Positions 34,688 to 43,761 of a stretch of DNA of 64,000 nucleotides are shown here, one piece after another (the stretch's first letter is position 1; every line of letters begins with the position of its first letter). The DNA lies in contig CAZQPY010000008.1 in assembly GCA_964595345.1 (NCBI GenBank), positions 20,496 through 84,495 of the forward strand, in the 5' to 3' direction. Source of the stretch: an uncultured Terracidiphilus sp. GTDB lineage: Bacteria > Acidobacteriota > Terriglobia > Terriglobales > Acidobacteriaceae. The notes beneath the pieces are model-generated. The model saw nothing but the letters and a program-made list of their open reading frames with translations, made no database searches and was not told the origin of the DNA. The translations under genes and the position numbers were made by a program.

Positions 34688-37259
34688 GCGCGCGTTGAGC
34701 TGGAAGCGGGCGGCAGCGATTGGCTGGCGCGACCTGAAGTCCGCACCGGGAAAATTCGGATTTGTGGTGCTGTCGGTGGCCGTGGGCGTGGCCGCACTGG
34801 TGGGTGTACGCGGCTTCAGCGACAGCTTTCGGCGCACGCTGAGCGTAGAGGCGCGGTCGCTGATGGCTGGCGACCTGAGCGCGCGGATCTTCCGTCAGCC
34901 CACGACGCAGGAGAACGCGAAGATCGAGGCGCTTCTGCAAACAGGCAATCTTGTGGGGACCCGATCGACCTGGGTGGTTGAAACGATCTCCATGGCTTCC
35001 ACTCCGCCGGAGCCGGTGCCGGTCTTGGTAACGCTGAAGGCAGTGAACCCGGCCGAGTATCCCTACTATGGTCGAGCGGATCTGGAGCCGGAGATGAGCC
35101 TGGCACAAGCTTTGGACGGGGATTCGGCGGTGGTGGCCGAAGAGTTTCTCATCCGGCTGAATGCGCGCGTGGGCCAGACCATGCGGCTGGGCGGCAGGAA
35201 CTTTCGCATAGCGGCCGTTCTGAAACAGGAACCGGACCGCATGTCGGCGGGCGCGGGGATGGGGCCGCGGGTAATGATCTCGCGGGCGGCGCTGGAACGG
35301 ACCGGGCTGCTGGTTCCTGGTAGCCGCGCCGGTGAGCGGCTGCTAGTTAAACTTCCCGTTCAGGCCGATCCGGCGGCGGTGCGCAAGCAGTTGGAAGCAA
35401 TCCTGCCGGACGCACAGGTGGTGGATTACCGCGAGGGCAATCCGGCGCTGACGCAGGGGCTGGACAACGCGACCGCAATTCTGAGCCTGATCTGCCTGGT
35501 CGCGATGGTGCTGGGAGCGATTGGCGTGGCGATGGCCATGCATGCCCATCTGGAACAGCGCATGGACATGCTGGCGATTCTGAAGGCTGTGGGGGCCGGG
35601 TCGGCGGATTTGCTGCGGATCTTTCTGCTGCAAACACTGGGGCTGGGGCTGGCCGGAGGACTGATGGGCGTGGCCGCGGGCGTGGGCGTGATGGAGGCGA
35701 TGCCGGCCGTCTTCGGCAAGTTGTTGCCGGTGCACCCGTCGCTGCAGTTCCCTTGGCGGTCAGTGGCGGCTGGCCTGGGCACGGGACTGCTGACGACGCT
35801 GCTGTTCTGCTTGCCGCCGCTGCTGGATGTGCGCGGGGTGCGGCCGGTTCTGGTGCTGCGCAGGCTTGTTGAGCAAGGGCCGCAGGGGTGGCGCAGCTGG
35901 CTGGCCACGTGGTGGGCGCGGCGCCTGCAACTGGGAATTGCGGCGCTAGTAGTTGCGGCACTGGGCGGAATCGCCTGGGCGCTTTCGGATTCGGCCAAGG
36001 TGGGCGGGTGGTTTGCATTCCTTTTCACCGTTGCCCTGCTGGTTTTGCTGGCGATGGCAGCCGTAACGCTGGCAACGCTCCGCTTTTTGCTGAACCGGGT
36101 GCGGCTGCATCTGCCGTCGTTCCTGCGGCACGGCCTTTCGAACCTGTACCGGCCGGGCAACCAGTCGGCGGCGGTGATGGCGGCGCTGGGGACGGGAGTG
36201 ATGCTGATTCTGGCGGTTTTCCTGATGCAGGCGGCGCTTCTGAGGGACCTGCGCATGACGGCATCTCCAAAGCTGCCGAATATCTTCCTCATAGACGTAA
36301 GCAGCGACGAGACAGATGGGGTGAAGGAGTTTTTCCATCACCAGCCGGGCGTGACCCAGGCGCTGGACCTGATGCCGGTGGTGCGGGGCAAGGTGAACCG
36401 GCTGAACGGCAAGACGCTGGATGAGCTTGCGAAAGACAAGACCAGCCACTTTCCGCGCCACATGCTGGAGAACGCGGAGATGAGCTGGTCGGATGCACCT
36501 CCGGAGGGCGACAAGCTGACCCAGGGCAAGTGGTGGACCGACGTGAATGCAGCGGAGCTGGCGGTAGGCGAGGGAACCGCTCAGCGGCTTCACGTGGGCT
36601 TGGGCTCGGCGGTCGAAATGGAGATCGGCGGTGCGCCGCGCATGCTGAAGGTCGCGGCAATCTATCGTGCGGACGGCCAGCACCTCGGCGCGCGGGTAGC
36701 GTTTGTGCTGCCCTCGGGATTGCTAAAGAACGAGCAGGCCACCTGGTACGGCGGGGCGCACGTGGATCCGCAACAGGTGGCATCGCTGGAGCGGGCGTTG
36801 TTTGCGGCGTATCCCACAGTCACTGTGATTAACCTGTCCGATGTGCTGCAGCGCATTGAAACCGTGGTGGACGAGATCACGTTTGTGGTGCGATTCCTGG
36901 CCGGGTTCTCGATCTTCGCGGGGCTGATGATCCTGGCCTCGAGCATTGCCAGCACACGCTTCCGGCGGATGCGCGAGGCAGTGGTTCTAAAAACACTGGG
37001 AGCGACGCGGATGCGCATCGTTCAGACTTTCAGCGTGGAGTTCAGCGTGCTGGGGCTGCTGGCAGGGTCGGTGGGCGTGGTGTTCGCCAATCTGCTGACG
37101 CGGGTGCTGCTGCATAGGCTGGAGGTTGGCTTCCACATCGAGTGGGCAGCAACACTCACTGCTTTGCTGGGAACCGCGGTGCTGGCGACAGCGACAGGAT
37201 GGATTGCGAGTTACAGAATCCTGGGACTGCGGCCGCTGGAAGTATTGCGGGAAGAGTAG
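34680..37259 (+). CDS. FtsX-family ABC permease, duplicated (YbbP-like)
   Basis: ATG 34680 overlaps the ATPase stop by 8 nt. Two FtsX-type 4-TM modules are separated by large extracytoplasmic regions. Confidence 0.85.
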   Translation: MAKRALSWKRAAAIGWRDLKSAPGKFGFVVLSVAVGVAALVGVRGFSDSFRRTLSVEARSLMAGDLSARIFRQPTTQENAKIEALLQTGNLVGTRSTWVVETISMASTPPEPVPVLVTLKAVNPAEYPYYGRADLEPEMSLAQALDGDSAVVAEEFLIRLNARVGQTMRLGGRNFRIAAVLKQEPDRMSAGAGMGPRVMISRAALERTGLLVPGSRAGERLLVKLPVQADPAAVRKQLEAILPDAQVVDYREGNPALTQGLDNATAILSLICLVAMVLGAIGVAMAMHAHLEQRMDMLAILKAVGAGSADLLRIFLLQTLGLGLAGGLMGVAAGVGVMEAMPAVFGKLLPVHPSLQFPWRSVAAGLGTGLLTTLLFCLPPLLDVRGVRPVLVLRRLVEQGPQGWRSWLATWWARRLQLGIAALVVAALGGIAWALSDSAKVGGWFAFLFTVALLVLLAMAAVTLATLRFLLNRVRLHLPSFLRHGLSNLYRPGNQSAAVMAALGTGVMLILAVFLMQAALLRDLRMTASPKLPNIFLIDVSSDETDGVKEFFHHQPGVTQALDLMPVVRGKVNRLNGKTLDELAKDKTSHFPRHMLENAEMSWSDAPPEGDKLTQGKWWTDVNAAELAVGEGTAQRLHVGLGSAVEMEIGGAPRMLKVAAIYRADGQHLGARVAFVLPSGLLKNEQATWYGGAHVDPQQVASLERALFAAYPTVTVINLSDVLQRIETVVDEITFVVRFLAGFSIFAGLMILASSIASTRFRRMREAVVLKTLGATRMRIVQTFSVEFSVLGLLAGSVGVVFANLLTRVLLHRLEVGFHIEWAATLTALLGTAVLATATGWIASYRILGLRPLEVLREE

Positions 37260-37280
37260 AAGGCGAAGACTTCTCTTCCC
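37249..37280. terminator. hairpin between the convergent permease and ubiX genes
   Basis: GGGAAGAG...CTCTTCCC (8 bp) plus an inner 3-bp stem. It spans the permease stop codon. The flanking T-run is poor. Confidence 0.35.
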
Positions 37281-37297
37281 TTGAAACTTGCTCCAGC

Positions 37298-37888
37298 TTA
37301 TTCGTCGGCTTTCCAAACGTATGCACCGGGCTGGGGCAGCCCGATGTGTGCAAGGACGCGATTGACGTACTGCTGCGCCATCTCGGTGGAGTCCACCGGC
37401 TGATTGTAGAAGGTAGGGATGACCGGGAAAATGATCGCTCCGGCCTCGGCGGCCAGGGTCATATTGCGCAGATGGATGCGGTTGAAGGGGGATTCGCGTA
37501 TGCAAAGCAGAAGCGGGCGTCGCTCCTTGAGGGTCACGTCTGCGGCACGGGCGATCAGCGAGTTGGCCAGGCCGTTGGCTACCGCGGCCAGAGTGCCCAT
37601 GGAGCACGGAAGCACGACCATTCCGTTGGAGGGATAACTGCCCGAGGCAATAGCCGCGCCTATGTCGGCATTGGAGTGCAGAACGGTCTTGACGGGCTCG
37701 CTGTCGAGGAGCTTTTCGAGGAGATCTGTACGTCCGGAGACGCCCAGTTCCTCGGCCACCACGCGCAGGGAGTTCTCCGACGCTACAAAATGGACGCGAG
37801 TCACGCGTTCGTCTGCTTCGAGCGCCAGCAGAAGCTCCTGGCAAAGTACGGCACCGGACGCGCCGGTCAGTGCAACGGTAAGGTTCAT
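37298..37888 (-). CDS. ubiX: flavin prenyltransferase UbiX
   Basis: ALTGASGA N-terminus, VLPCSMGTLAAVANG, and PLLLCIRESP motifs. Confidence 0.9.
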   Translation of the reverse strand: MNLTVALTGASGAVLCQELLLALEADERVTRVHFVASENSLRVVAEELGVSGRTDLLEKLLDSEPVKTVLHSNADIGAAIASGSYPSNGMVVLPCSMGTLAAVANGLANSLIARAADVTLKERRPLLLCIRESPFNRIHLRNMTLAAEAGAIIFPVIPTFYNQPVDSTEMAQQYVNRVLAHIGLPQPGAYVWKADE

Positions 37889-37894
37889 CAGTTC

Positions 37895-37929
37895 TCAGCT
37901 CCTAGCTGCTAGCCTCTAGCTTATAGCTT
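37895..37929 (-). repeat. tandem heptamer array (about 5 copies) immediately upstream of the ubiX start
   Basis: The sense strand reads AAGCTAT AAGCTAG AGGCTAG CAGCTAG GAGCTGA GAACTG ATG. The last units supply AGGAG. Confidence 0.8.
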
Positions 37930-37957
37930 GTCGTGCGGCCATTGGCTTCGTTCTTCT

Positions 37958-38803
37958 TTAGGTCAGAGTCTGGTTGCAATATCGTTTCCCGAACCAAAAT
38001 GCTATAGCATCACCATCAACACCTTCTCCTCCATGCCACCAGCGAGTCGGGTAAGGCCAGTCATCTTTGGACCATGAAGTCTCTGCTCTATCTGTCGCAC
38101 AGGTAAAAGATCGCAGGAACCCAGAACGAGATGGGACGCGAAGGACACCAGCATATCCCAGAATCCCAATTACAGCGCGCCTTTGATAATCGTTGCCCGG
38201 AACAATTGGTTTGATCGCACGAAGCAATTCAGAAAGCTTTGCACCTTTTGGCATGGCAGCCACAGTCTGCAAAACGCAATTGAACCGATCCCAATCAGAT
38301 GGTAGGGGCTCGTCACCAGGTTCAGCAACAAACCTCTCGAGATCGAGGGCCATGTAATAAGGATCTGAGTGCCGCACGCCACCCCATTTGTGGCGTTCGA
38401 AGTTGAGTATGTTCCGATCGAGCTCATGCTCGTTTTCATAAGCTCCACATATCGTGCACGTAAAACGGTTCTGTCCAATGGCAAAAGTGTGCAGGGGCAT
38501 ATTCAATGCCACAGCATAACTACCTAATGCAGATCTGAGAGCTGGATTATTCTTGGAAAGGCCCGCGATAAAATCCGCGCCCACTTGAACAGGATCGATT
38601 AGAGAGCGCAACTCAACGATACGATTGATTGCATCGTTATGACTGAGGCTCTGCGAAGGAAACATGACTCCAGCTCGATATGCATACGCAAGATCGGCAG
38701 CCGGGGTGTTTGGAACCCAATTCCGAATTGAAGCGGATTTCCATCCCTTTGGACACCAATACGTATCGAAAAGGATTTTTATTGCTCGCTTATCGTATTC
38801 CAT
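37958..38803 (-). CDS. hypothetical protein, no recognisable family (low-GC gene)
   Basis: 281-aa ORF with normal amino-acid composition. One CxxC (FTCTICGAY) and a Trp/Gly-rich C-terminus (WPYPTRWWHGGEGVDGDAIAFWFG). It is on the same strand as the TA pair and 79 nt downstream of it. Confidence 0.6.
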   Translation of the reverse strand: MEYDKRAIKILFDTYWCPKGWKSASIRNWVPNTPAADLAYAYRAGVMFPSQSLSHNDAINRIVELRSLIDPVQVGADFIAGLSKNNPALRSALGSYAVALNMPLHTFAIGQNRFTCTICGAYENEHELDRNILNFERHKWGGVRHSDPYYMALDLERFVAEPGDEPLPSDWDRFNCVLQTVAAMPKGAKLSELLRAIKPIVPGNDYQRRAVIGILGYAGVLRVPSRSGFLRSFTCATDRAETSWSKDDWPYPTRWWHGGEGVDGDAIAFWFGKRYCNQTLT

Positions 38804-38882
38804 TCCCGCGCCCCCACTGAAGTCATGCCCTGTTACAAGACCGCGAACACAATGCGTGACTTATTCAGAAACTTGCGGGGCA

Positions 38883-39167
38883 TCATACCAAAACAAGCTT
38901 TAATTTGCGCCCGACTGCTGCGGCAGCGCGCTGTACTGTATCCAGTTGGACTTTATCGTTTTCGGGGTCGAGGAGTTTGTCCAGATGAGCACGGCTGGTG
39001 CCCATGCGGCGGGCCATCTCCACTTTGGTGATGCCCTGTTCCTGCATGGCCTTCTCAACCTGCCACGCCAAAACGCGCTTGACGGCGTGGTTCGTCGCAT
39101 CCTCGAAGAGGCCTTCTTCCTTGAGGAAATCATCGAGCTTAGAGCCAATGTGTGGATTGCGTTTCAT
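38883..39167 (-). CDS. HTH (XRE-like) antitoxin, HigA-like
   Basis: 94 aa. The HTH segment ITKVEMARRMGTSRAHLDKLLDP is typical of antitoxins paired with RelE/HigB toxins. Its ATG shares ATGA with the toxin stop. Confidence 0.75.
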   Translation of the reverse strand: MKRNPHIGSKLDDFLKEEGLFEDATNHAVKRVLAWQVEKAMQEQGITKVEMARRMGTSRAHLDKLLDPENDKVQLDTVQRAAAAVGRKLKLVLV

Positions 39168-39511
39168 CGATCAACCTCCTTCCGTCGCGCGCGGGCCAAT
39201 TCCAAGTCCGATTGCGGAGTCTTCTGCGTCTTCTTGATGAAGGCGTGCAGCAGAACCATGAATCCCTGTGAAGCACAAAAGATAACGCGGGCAATGCGGT
39301 TATTGGAGAGCTTGCTGCGAACCTCCCAAAGCCCATCGCCTAATGGCCTGCAAAGCGGCATTCCGACTGGCCAGCCCATTTCCACCAGCCGCAGATCCCG
39401 CCCGAGCGTTCTACGGTCTTCTGGAGACAACTCTCTTAGCCAATCCAAAACCGGCTCGACGCCGGCCTTGGAACGATAAAACGCGACCTCCAGCTTCTTG
39501 TCGTCGATCAA
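39164..39511 (-). CDS. RelE/ParE-superfamily toxin, HigB/Gp49-like
   Basis: 115 aa. YRSKAGVEPVLDWLREL, GDGLWEVRSKLSNNRIARVIFC, and LLHAFIKKTQKTPQSDLELAR match the phage Gp49/HigB-like pattern. TTG start at 39511. Confidence 0.75.
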   Translation of the reverse strand: MIDDKKLEVAFYRSKAGVEPVLDWLRELSPEDRRTLGRDLRLVEMGWPVGMPLCRPLGDGLWEVRSKLSNNRIARVIFCASQGFMVLLHAFIKKTQKTPQSDLELARARRKEVDR

Positions 39512-39529
39512 GCTGAGACCCGTTAACTA

Positions 39530-39553
39530 AAATGTACCCTATAGGGTACATTT
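39530..39553 (-). promoter_or_regulatory. perfect 24-bp palindrome overlapping a promoter-like element of the TA operon (candidate operator)
   Basis: AAATGTACCCTATAGGGTACATTT. On the sense strand it fills the spacer and the -10 of TTGTCG-N17-TACATT. 18 nt separate it from the toxin start. Confidence 0.5.
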
Positions 39554-39584
39554 CGACAAGAGCGAACGGCATTTTTCCATGAGG

Positions 39585-40895
39585 CTATTCCCCCAGCACG
39601 CGCGCAAAGATGGCGTCCACATTGCCCAACTGGCGGGTGTAGTCGAAGGTCTTATCCAACTTGTCGGGCGTTAGGAGGGAGGAGATGCTTGCGTCCTTGG
39701 CCACTTCGTCGCGGAAGACGAGGTCTTCCTTCCAACTGCGCATGGCGTGGGACTGGACGAGGCGATAGGCGTCTTCGCGCATCATGCCGGCTTCGGAGAG
39801 ATCGAGCAGCAACTGGCCACTGAAGATGAGGCCGCCGGTGGATTCCAGGTTCTTCTTCATGCGCTCGGGATAGACGAGCAGACGGTTGACCAGATCGGCG
39901 GTCTTGGCCAGCAGGTAGTCGGTCAGGATGGTGGAGTCGGGGAAGATGACGCGTTCGACCGAGGAGTGCGAGATATCGCGCTCGTGCCAGAGCGGGATGT
40001 TCTCGAACGCTGCCTGCGCATTGGAACGGAGCACGCGGGCGAGACCGCTGATTTGCTCGCTGGTGATGGGGTTCTTCTTGTGCGGCATCGCCGAGGAGCC
40101 CTTCTGCTTTTCGCTGAAATACTCCTGCGCCTCGCGGACCTCGGTGCGCTGCAAGTGGCGAATCTCGACGGCAATCTTGTCGAGGGTGCTGCCGATGAGC
40201 GCCAGGGTGCTGATGTAGGCGGCGTGGCGGTCCCTCTGAATCACTTGAGTTGCCACCGGTGCGGGCTTCAGGCCGAGACGCGCGCAGATTTTTTCCTCGT
40301 GGCTGGGGCTCAAGTGACCGAACGTGCCAACGGCGCCGGAGAGCTTCCCTACGCGCATGTCTTCCGCGGCGGCGTCGAAGCGGACCAGGTTGCGCTCCAT
40401 CTCGGCAAACCAGTTGAGGATCTTGAGGCCGAATGTGGTGGGCTCGGCATGGATGCCGTGGGTGCGGCCGATGGTCGGGGTGTGCTTGAACTCGACGGCG
40501 CGCTTTTTGAGGACTTCGATGAAAGAGACGAGGCCAAGACGGATCTGCCTTGAGGCTTCCTTGACCTGCAGGGCCTGTGCCGTATCCACAATATCGTTCG
40601 ACGTAAGCCCGTAATGAAGCCACCGGGACTGCGCGTCGAGGCCTTGGGCCTTCAAGGTTTCTGCTACTGCAGTCGTAAAAGCGATGACGTCGTGGCGGAC
40701 CTCGGCCTCGATCTCCTGGATGCGGGCCACGGTGAAGCTGGCCTTGGTGGCAATGGCTTCGGCGGCATCGGCGGGAATGACGCCGTCTTCAGCCAGCACA
40801 GTGGAGGCGGCTGACTCGACCTGTAGCCAGCAGAGGTACTTGTTCTCTTCGGTCCAGATATCGCCCATTGCCGGGCGTGTATACCGTTCGATCAC
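39585..40895 (-). CDS. purB: adenylosuccinate lyase
   Basis: Full-length fumarate-lyase fold with the signature GSSAMPHKKNP. Confidence 0.95.
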   Translation of the reverse strand: MIERYTRPAMGDIWTEENKYLCWLQVESAASTVLAEDGVIPADAAEAIATKASFTVARIQEIEAEVRHDVIAFTTAVAETLKAQGLDAQSRWLHYGLTSNDIVDTAQALQVKEASRQIRLGLVSFIEVLKKRAVEFKHTPTIGRTHGIHAEPTTFGLKILNWFAEMERNLVRFDAAAEDMRVGKLSGAVGTFGHLSPSHEEKICARLGLKPAPVATQVIQRDRHAAYISTLALIGSTLDKIAVEIRHLQRTEVREAQEYFSEKQKGSSAMPHKKNPITSEQISGLARVLRSNAQAAFENIPLWHERDISHSSVERVIFPDSTILTDYLLAKTADLVNRLLVYPERMKKNLESTGGLIFSGQLLLDLSEAGMMREDAYRLVQSHAMRSWKEDLVFRDEVAKDASISSLLTPDKLDKTFDYTRQLGNVDAIFARVLGE

Positions 40896-40906
40896 GGTGA
40901 AACTCC

Positions 40907-41167
40907 TTATTGAAGCCGCGGAATGCCGAGTTTTTCGTACATCTCGTCGTACAGGAGCCCTTTACCGGGCGTGTAGGGCTGAAACCACTTGCCGTCGATA
41001 ACCAGCTGCGGGACAGCGCGCTTACCCACCTGCCGGATGACTTCGGCCGAAGCATCCTTGTCGGCGTCGACGTCGACGCTGGTGTACTCGATGTTGTTCT
41101 GATCGAGGAATTGTTTGGCCAGACGGCAATCGCGGCACCAGGAAGTGGCGTAAACCTTCACGTTCAT
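40907..41167 (-). CDS. glutaredoxin-family small redox protein
   Basis: 86 aa. CxxC active site (YATSWCRDCRLAK) and VPQLVIDG. It lies 11 nt upstream of purB. Confidence 0.75.
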   Translation of the reverse strand: MNVKVYATSWCRDCRLAKQFLDQNNIEYTSVDVDADKDASAEVIRQVGKRAVPQLVIDGKWFQPYTPGKGLLYDEMYEKLGIPRLQ

Positions 41168-41206
41168 GCCTTCATTGTATCGCCCGCTCTTGTAAGATCA
41201 GGGACG

Positions 41207-41692
41207 ATGACAGCCGAAGAAATCAAGCAATTGCTGAATCTGCAGCCACACCCGGTCGAAGGCGGATGGTTCCGCCGCACCTTTTCTTCGCCGCATGGCG
41301 TGGGGATGCCCCGCGGCGACCGGGCGATGAGCTCCGCGATCTATTACCTGCTGGAGCCGGGCACCTTCTCCGAGATGCACGTGCTGGCCTCGGACGAGAT
41401 GTTTCACTTCTATTTGGGCGACCCGGTGGAGATGCTCCAGCTTCTTCCGGACGGGAGCTCCGCTCTTGTCACTCTTGGACAAGATCTGGCGGCGGGGCAG
41501 CATCTGCAGCTACACGTTCCGGCCGGAGTTTGGCAAGGTGCGCATCTGGTGGGCGAGGGCAAGGTAGCGCTTTTGGGATGCACCGTGACTCCGGGGTTCG
41601 AGTTTGCCGACTACCGTAGCGCACCCTATGAAGATCTTGCGCAGCGATGGCCGCAGGAAGCGGAACGGATTCGGAAGCTGACGCGGGAGTAG
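41207..41692 (+). CDS. cupin-fold protein (DUF985 family)
   Basis: ATG 41207. LQPHPVEGGWFRRTF, SAIYYLLEPGTFSEMH, and LLGCTVTPGFEFADY are typical of DUF985 cupins. Confidence 0.75.
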   Translation: MTAEEIKQLLNLQPHPVEGGWFRRTFSSPHGVGMPRGDRAMSSAIYYLLEPGTFSEMHVLASDEMFHFYLGDPVEMLQLLPDGSSALVTLGQDLAAGQHLQLHVPAGVWQGAHLVGEGKVALLGCTVTPGFEFADYRSAPYEDLAQRWPQEAERIRKLTRE

Positions 41693-41943
41693 TGTTCGAA
41701 ACAGAAACATTCATTGGGATGTGCCACAGGCTGGAGGATCCAAACTCAAACCGTTTGTTGGGATCGATTCTGCGAGTTCGCCCCGCTGGCGCGAGGAATT
41801 CGAGTGAGAGCATTTTCGGAATGCTTAGACCTTTTGAGAGCTGCGAAAGTGCGGTGCTGCCGGAAGACACCAACTCTGGCTTCGCGGCAATCGATTCCCT
41901 ACTGCGAGCGGACAACAACCCAAACTCCCGTTAAACTGGATCT

Positions 41944-42828
41944 ATGCATCCTCCCGTTCGCCTGGTGGCCATCGATGTGGACGGTACGCTGCTGCCCACT
42001 TTAGGGCGGGAAATGAGCCGCCGGACCGTGCGCGCACTGCAGAGGACTCAGGAGGAAGGCATTACGGTCGCTATCGCTACCGGGCGGCGCTTGGCGTACA
42101 CCCTGCCATTGCTCGATGGCCACGGATTTCGAGCGGATATGCCCCTGATTACGTCGAATGGTGCAATGACGCGCACAATTGGCGGCGAGCACCTGGATAC
42201 AGTTCAGATGGATGCTCATGTGGCGCGCGGCCTCTGCAAGCTGCTTCGGCCGTTCGGGGCCCTGGTGTTCACCTTTGATCGACCCGGACGAGGCGAACTG
42301 GTTCTTGAAGATCTGCAGCAGGCGAACCGGCGCATTGCACTGTGGATGGAAGCAAACCGCAATGCCATCGAGGTATTCAGCCCACTTGAAGGGGCGCTTG
42401 GCGATGGCGAAGACCCGATTCAGGGAATGGTGGCCGGCAGTTTGAGCGAGATGCGAAGGGCCGAGCTAGCTTTCCGGGAAAGTGAATGGGCCTCGGTATG
42501 CGAATGCGTCAAAACGGAGTATCCGGGCCGCGACCTCTCCATTCTGGACCTGCTGCCTTTGGGAGTTTCGAAGGGATCGGCACTGAAGCAACTGGCAGAG
42601 AAATTGGGATTCGACCGCAAGGAAACCATGGCCATTGGCGATAACTGGAATGACCTCGCCATGCTGGAATGGGCTGGCCAGGCGATCTTGATGGGCAATG
42701 CGGCCAAGGAACTGCGCGGCCTGGCAAAGATGCGCGGATGGAAGCAGGCGCCGTCCAACGACGAAGACGGAGTTGCCGTAGTACTTGAAGCGACAGTGGC
42801 TAGACGGGCATCCTTTCATGTTTCGTAG
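41944..42828 (+). CDS. Cof-type HAD-IIB phosphatase
   Basis: Motif I AIDVDGTLL and motif IV MAIGDNWNDLAML, with a cap domain between them. Confidence 0.85.
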   Translation: MHPPVRLVAIDVDGTLLPTLGREMSRRTVRALQRTQEEGITVAIATGRRLAYTLPLLDGHGFRADMPLITSNGAMTRTIGGEHLDTVQMDAHVARGLCKLLRPFGALVFTFDRPGRGELVLEDLQQANRRIALWMEANRNAIEVFSPLEGALGDGEDPIQGMVAGSLSEMRRAELAFRESEWASVCECVKTEYPGRDLSILDLLPLGVSKGSALKQLAEKLGFDRKETMAIGDNWNDLAMLEWAGQAILMGNAAKELRGLAKMRGWKQAPSNDEDGVAVVLEATVARRASFHVS

Positions 42829-42844
42829 ATATCCAGGAAGGACA

Positions 42845-43594
42845 ATGCAGAACATTTGGCACATCGCGTCGGCCCATCGAAGCGCACTTTGCGCCGTGGC
42901 GCTGACGCTGGCACTTTCCCCACCGGCCGTGCGTGCGGGCGAGCTTGTCACGTTGCGAAATGGCATGGAGATGCGTTGTACCCATCACATTGAGGTGGAT
43001 GGCCGGACGCGGGTCTTCATGAGTGATGGCGAAGACAACTACATCGAGTTCTCCCCGGTCGAGATCTCTGCAATTACGGAGACTGCCGACCCCGTCAAGG
43101 CAGCCCCGCCTTCGACTGCAGCCGCTGCGGAGCACCGGCAGGATGCGGAACTCACTCCCATCGATCTGCGCGAGATGCTGGGGAGAGCGGGAGTTGCACA
43201 CAACCTGGATGTTGACTTGCTGGCCAGCATTGTCAAGGCGGAGAGCAGCGGCAACCCTCGCGCAGTGAGCCGCGCCGGGGCACGCGGACTGATGCAGCTG
43301 ATGCCGCAGACGGCGACCCAGCTTGGCGTTTCAGACAGCTTCAAGGCGGAGCAGAATGTTCGTGGCGGATCCGTCTATATGGATGCTCTTTTGGTCCGTT
43401 ACCACGAGAACCTGGCGCTTGCGCTGGCCGCTTATAACGCCGGACCGGCGGCGGTGGACCGATACCGGGGAATACCTCCCTTTCATGAGACCAGAGCGTA
43501 TGTTGCTCGCGTCATTCACGAGTTCAACCGGCGCGTCGTGGCGCGGGGGGCTCTATCCTCAATGAACGGCGGAGCCGCAGCTTCTTCCCATTGA
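42845..43594 (+). CDS. lytic transglycosylase (SLT domain), exported
   Basis: ATG 42845. Signal peptide, then AESSGNPRAVSRAGARGLMQLMP and AYNAGPAAV motifs. Confidence 0.85.
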   Translation: MQNIWHIASAHRSALCAVALTLALSPPAVRAGELVTLRNGMEMRCTHHIEVDGRTRVFMSDGEDNYIEFSPVEISAITETADPVKAAPPSTAAAAEHRQDAELTPIDLREMLGRAGVAHNLDVDLLASIVKAESSGNPRAVSRAGARGLMQLMPQTATQLGVSDSFKAEQNVRGGSVYMDALLVRYHENLALALAAYNAGPAAVDRYRGIPPFHETRAYVARVIHEFNRRVVARGALSSMNGGAAASSH

Positions 43595-43761
43595 AGCAGG
43601 AGGACGCCGGGACAATCGTTCGGTAACAGGCTATATGCCAGGCAAAACCGGGCTTCATTCATTCAATCTTCATCGAAACAGTAGGATCCCCGCTATGTCG
43701 GGGGCCAGCCAAGGCAATTTAAACTGAGTGAATAGAATCGAGCGGCGGAAACGGAGAAGCG

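Noticed and set aside
40910-41206. A 5' extension of the cupin ORF (track ORF 40910-41692).
   Set aside because: The extension is antisense to the glutaredoxin-like gene. The conserved DUF985 sequence starts at ATG 41207.
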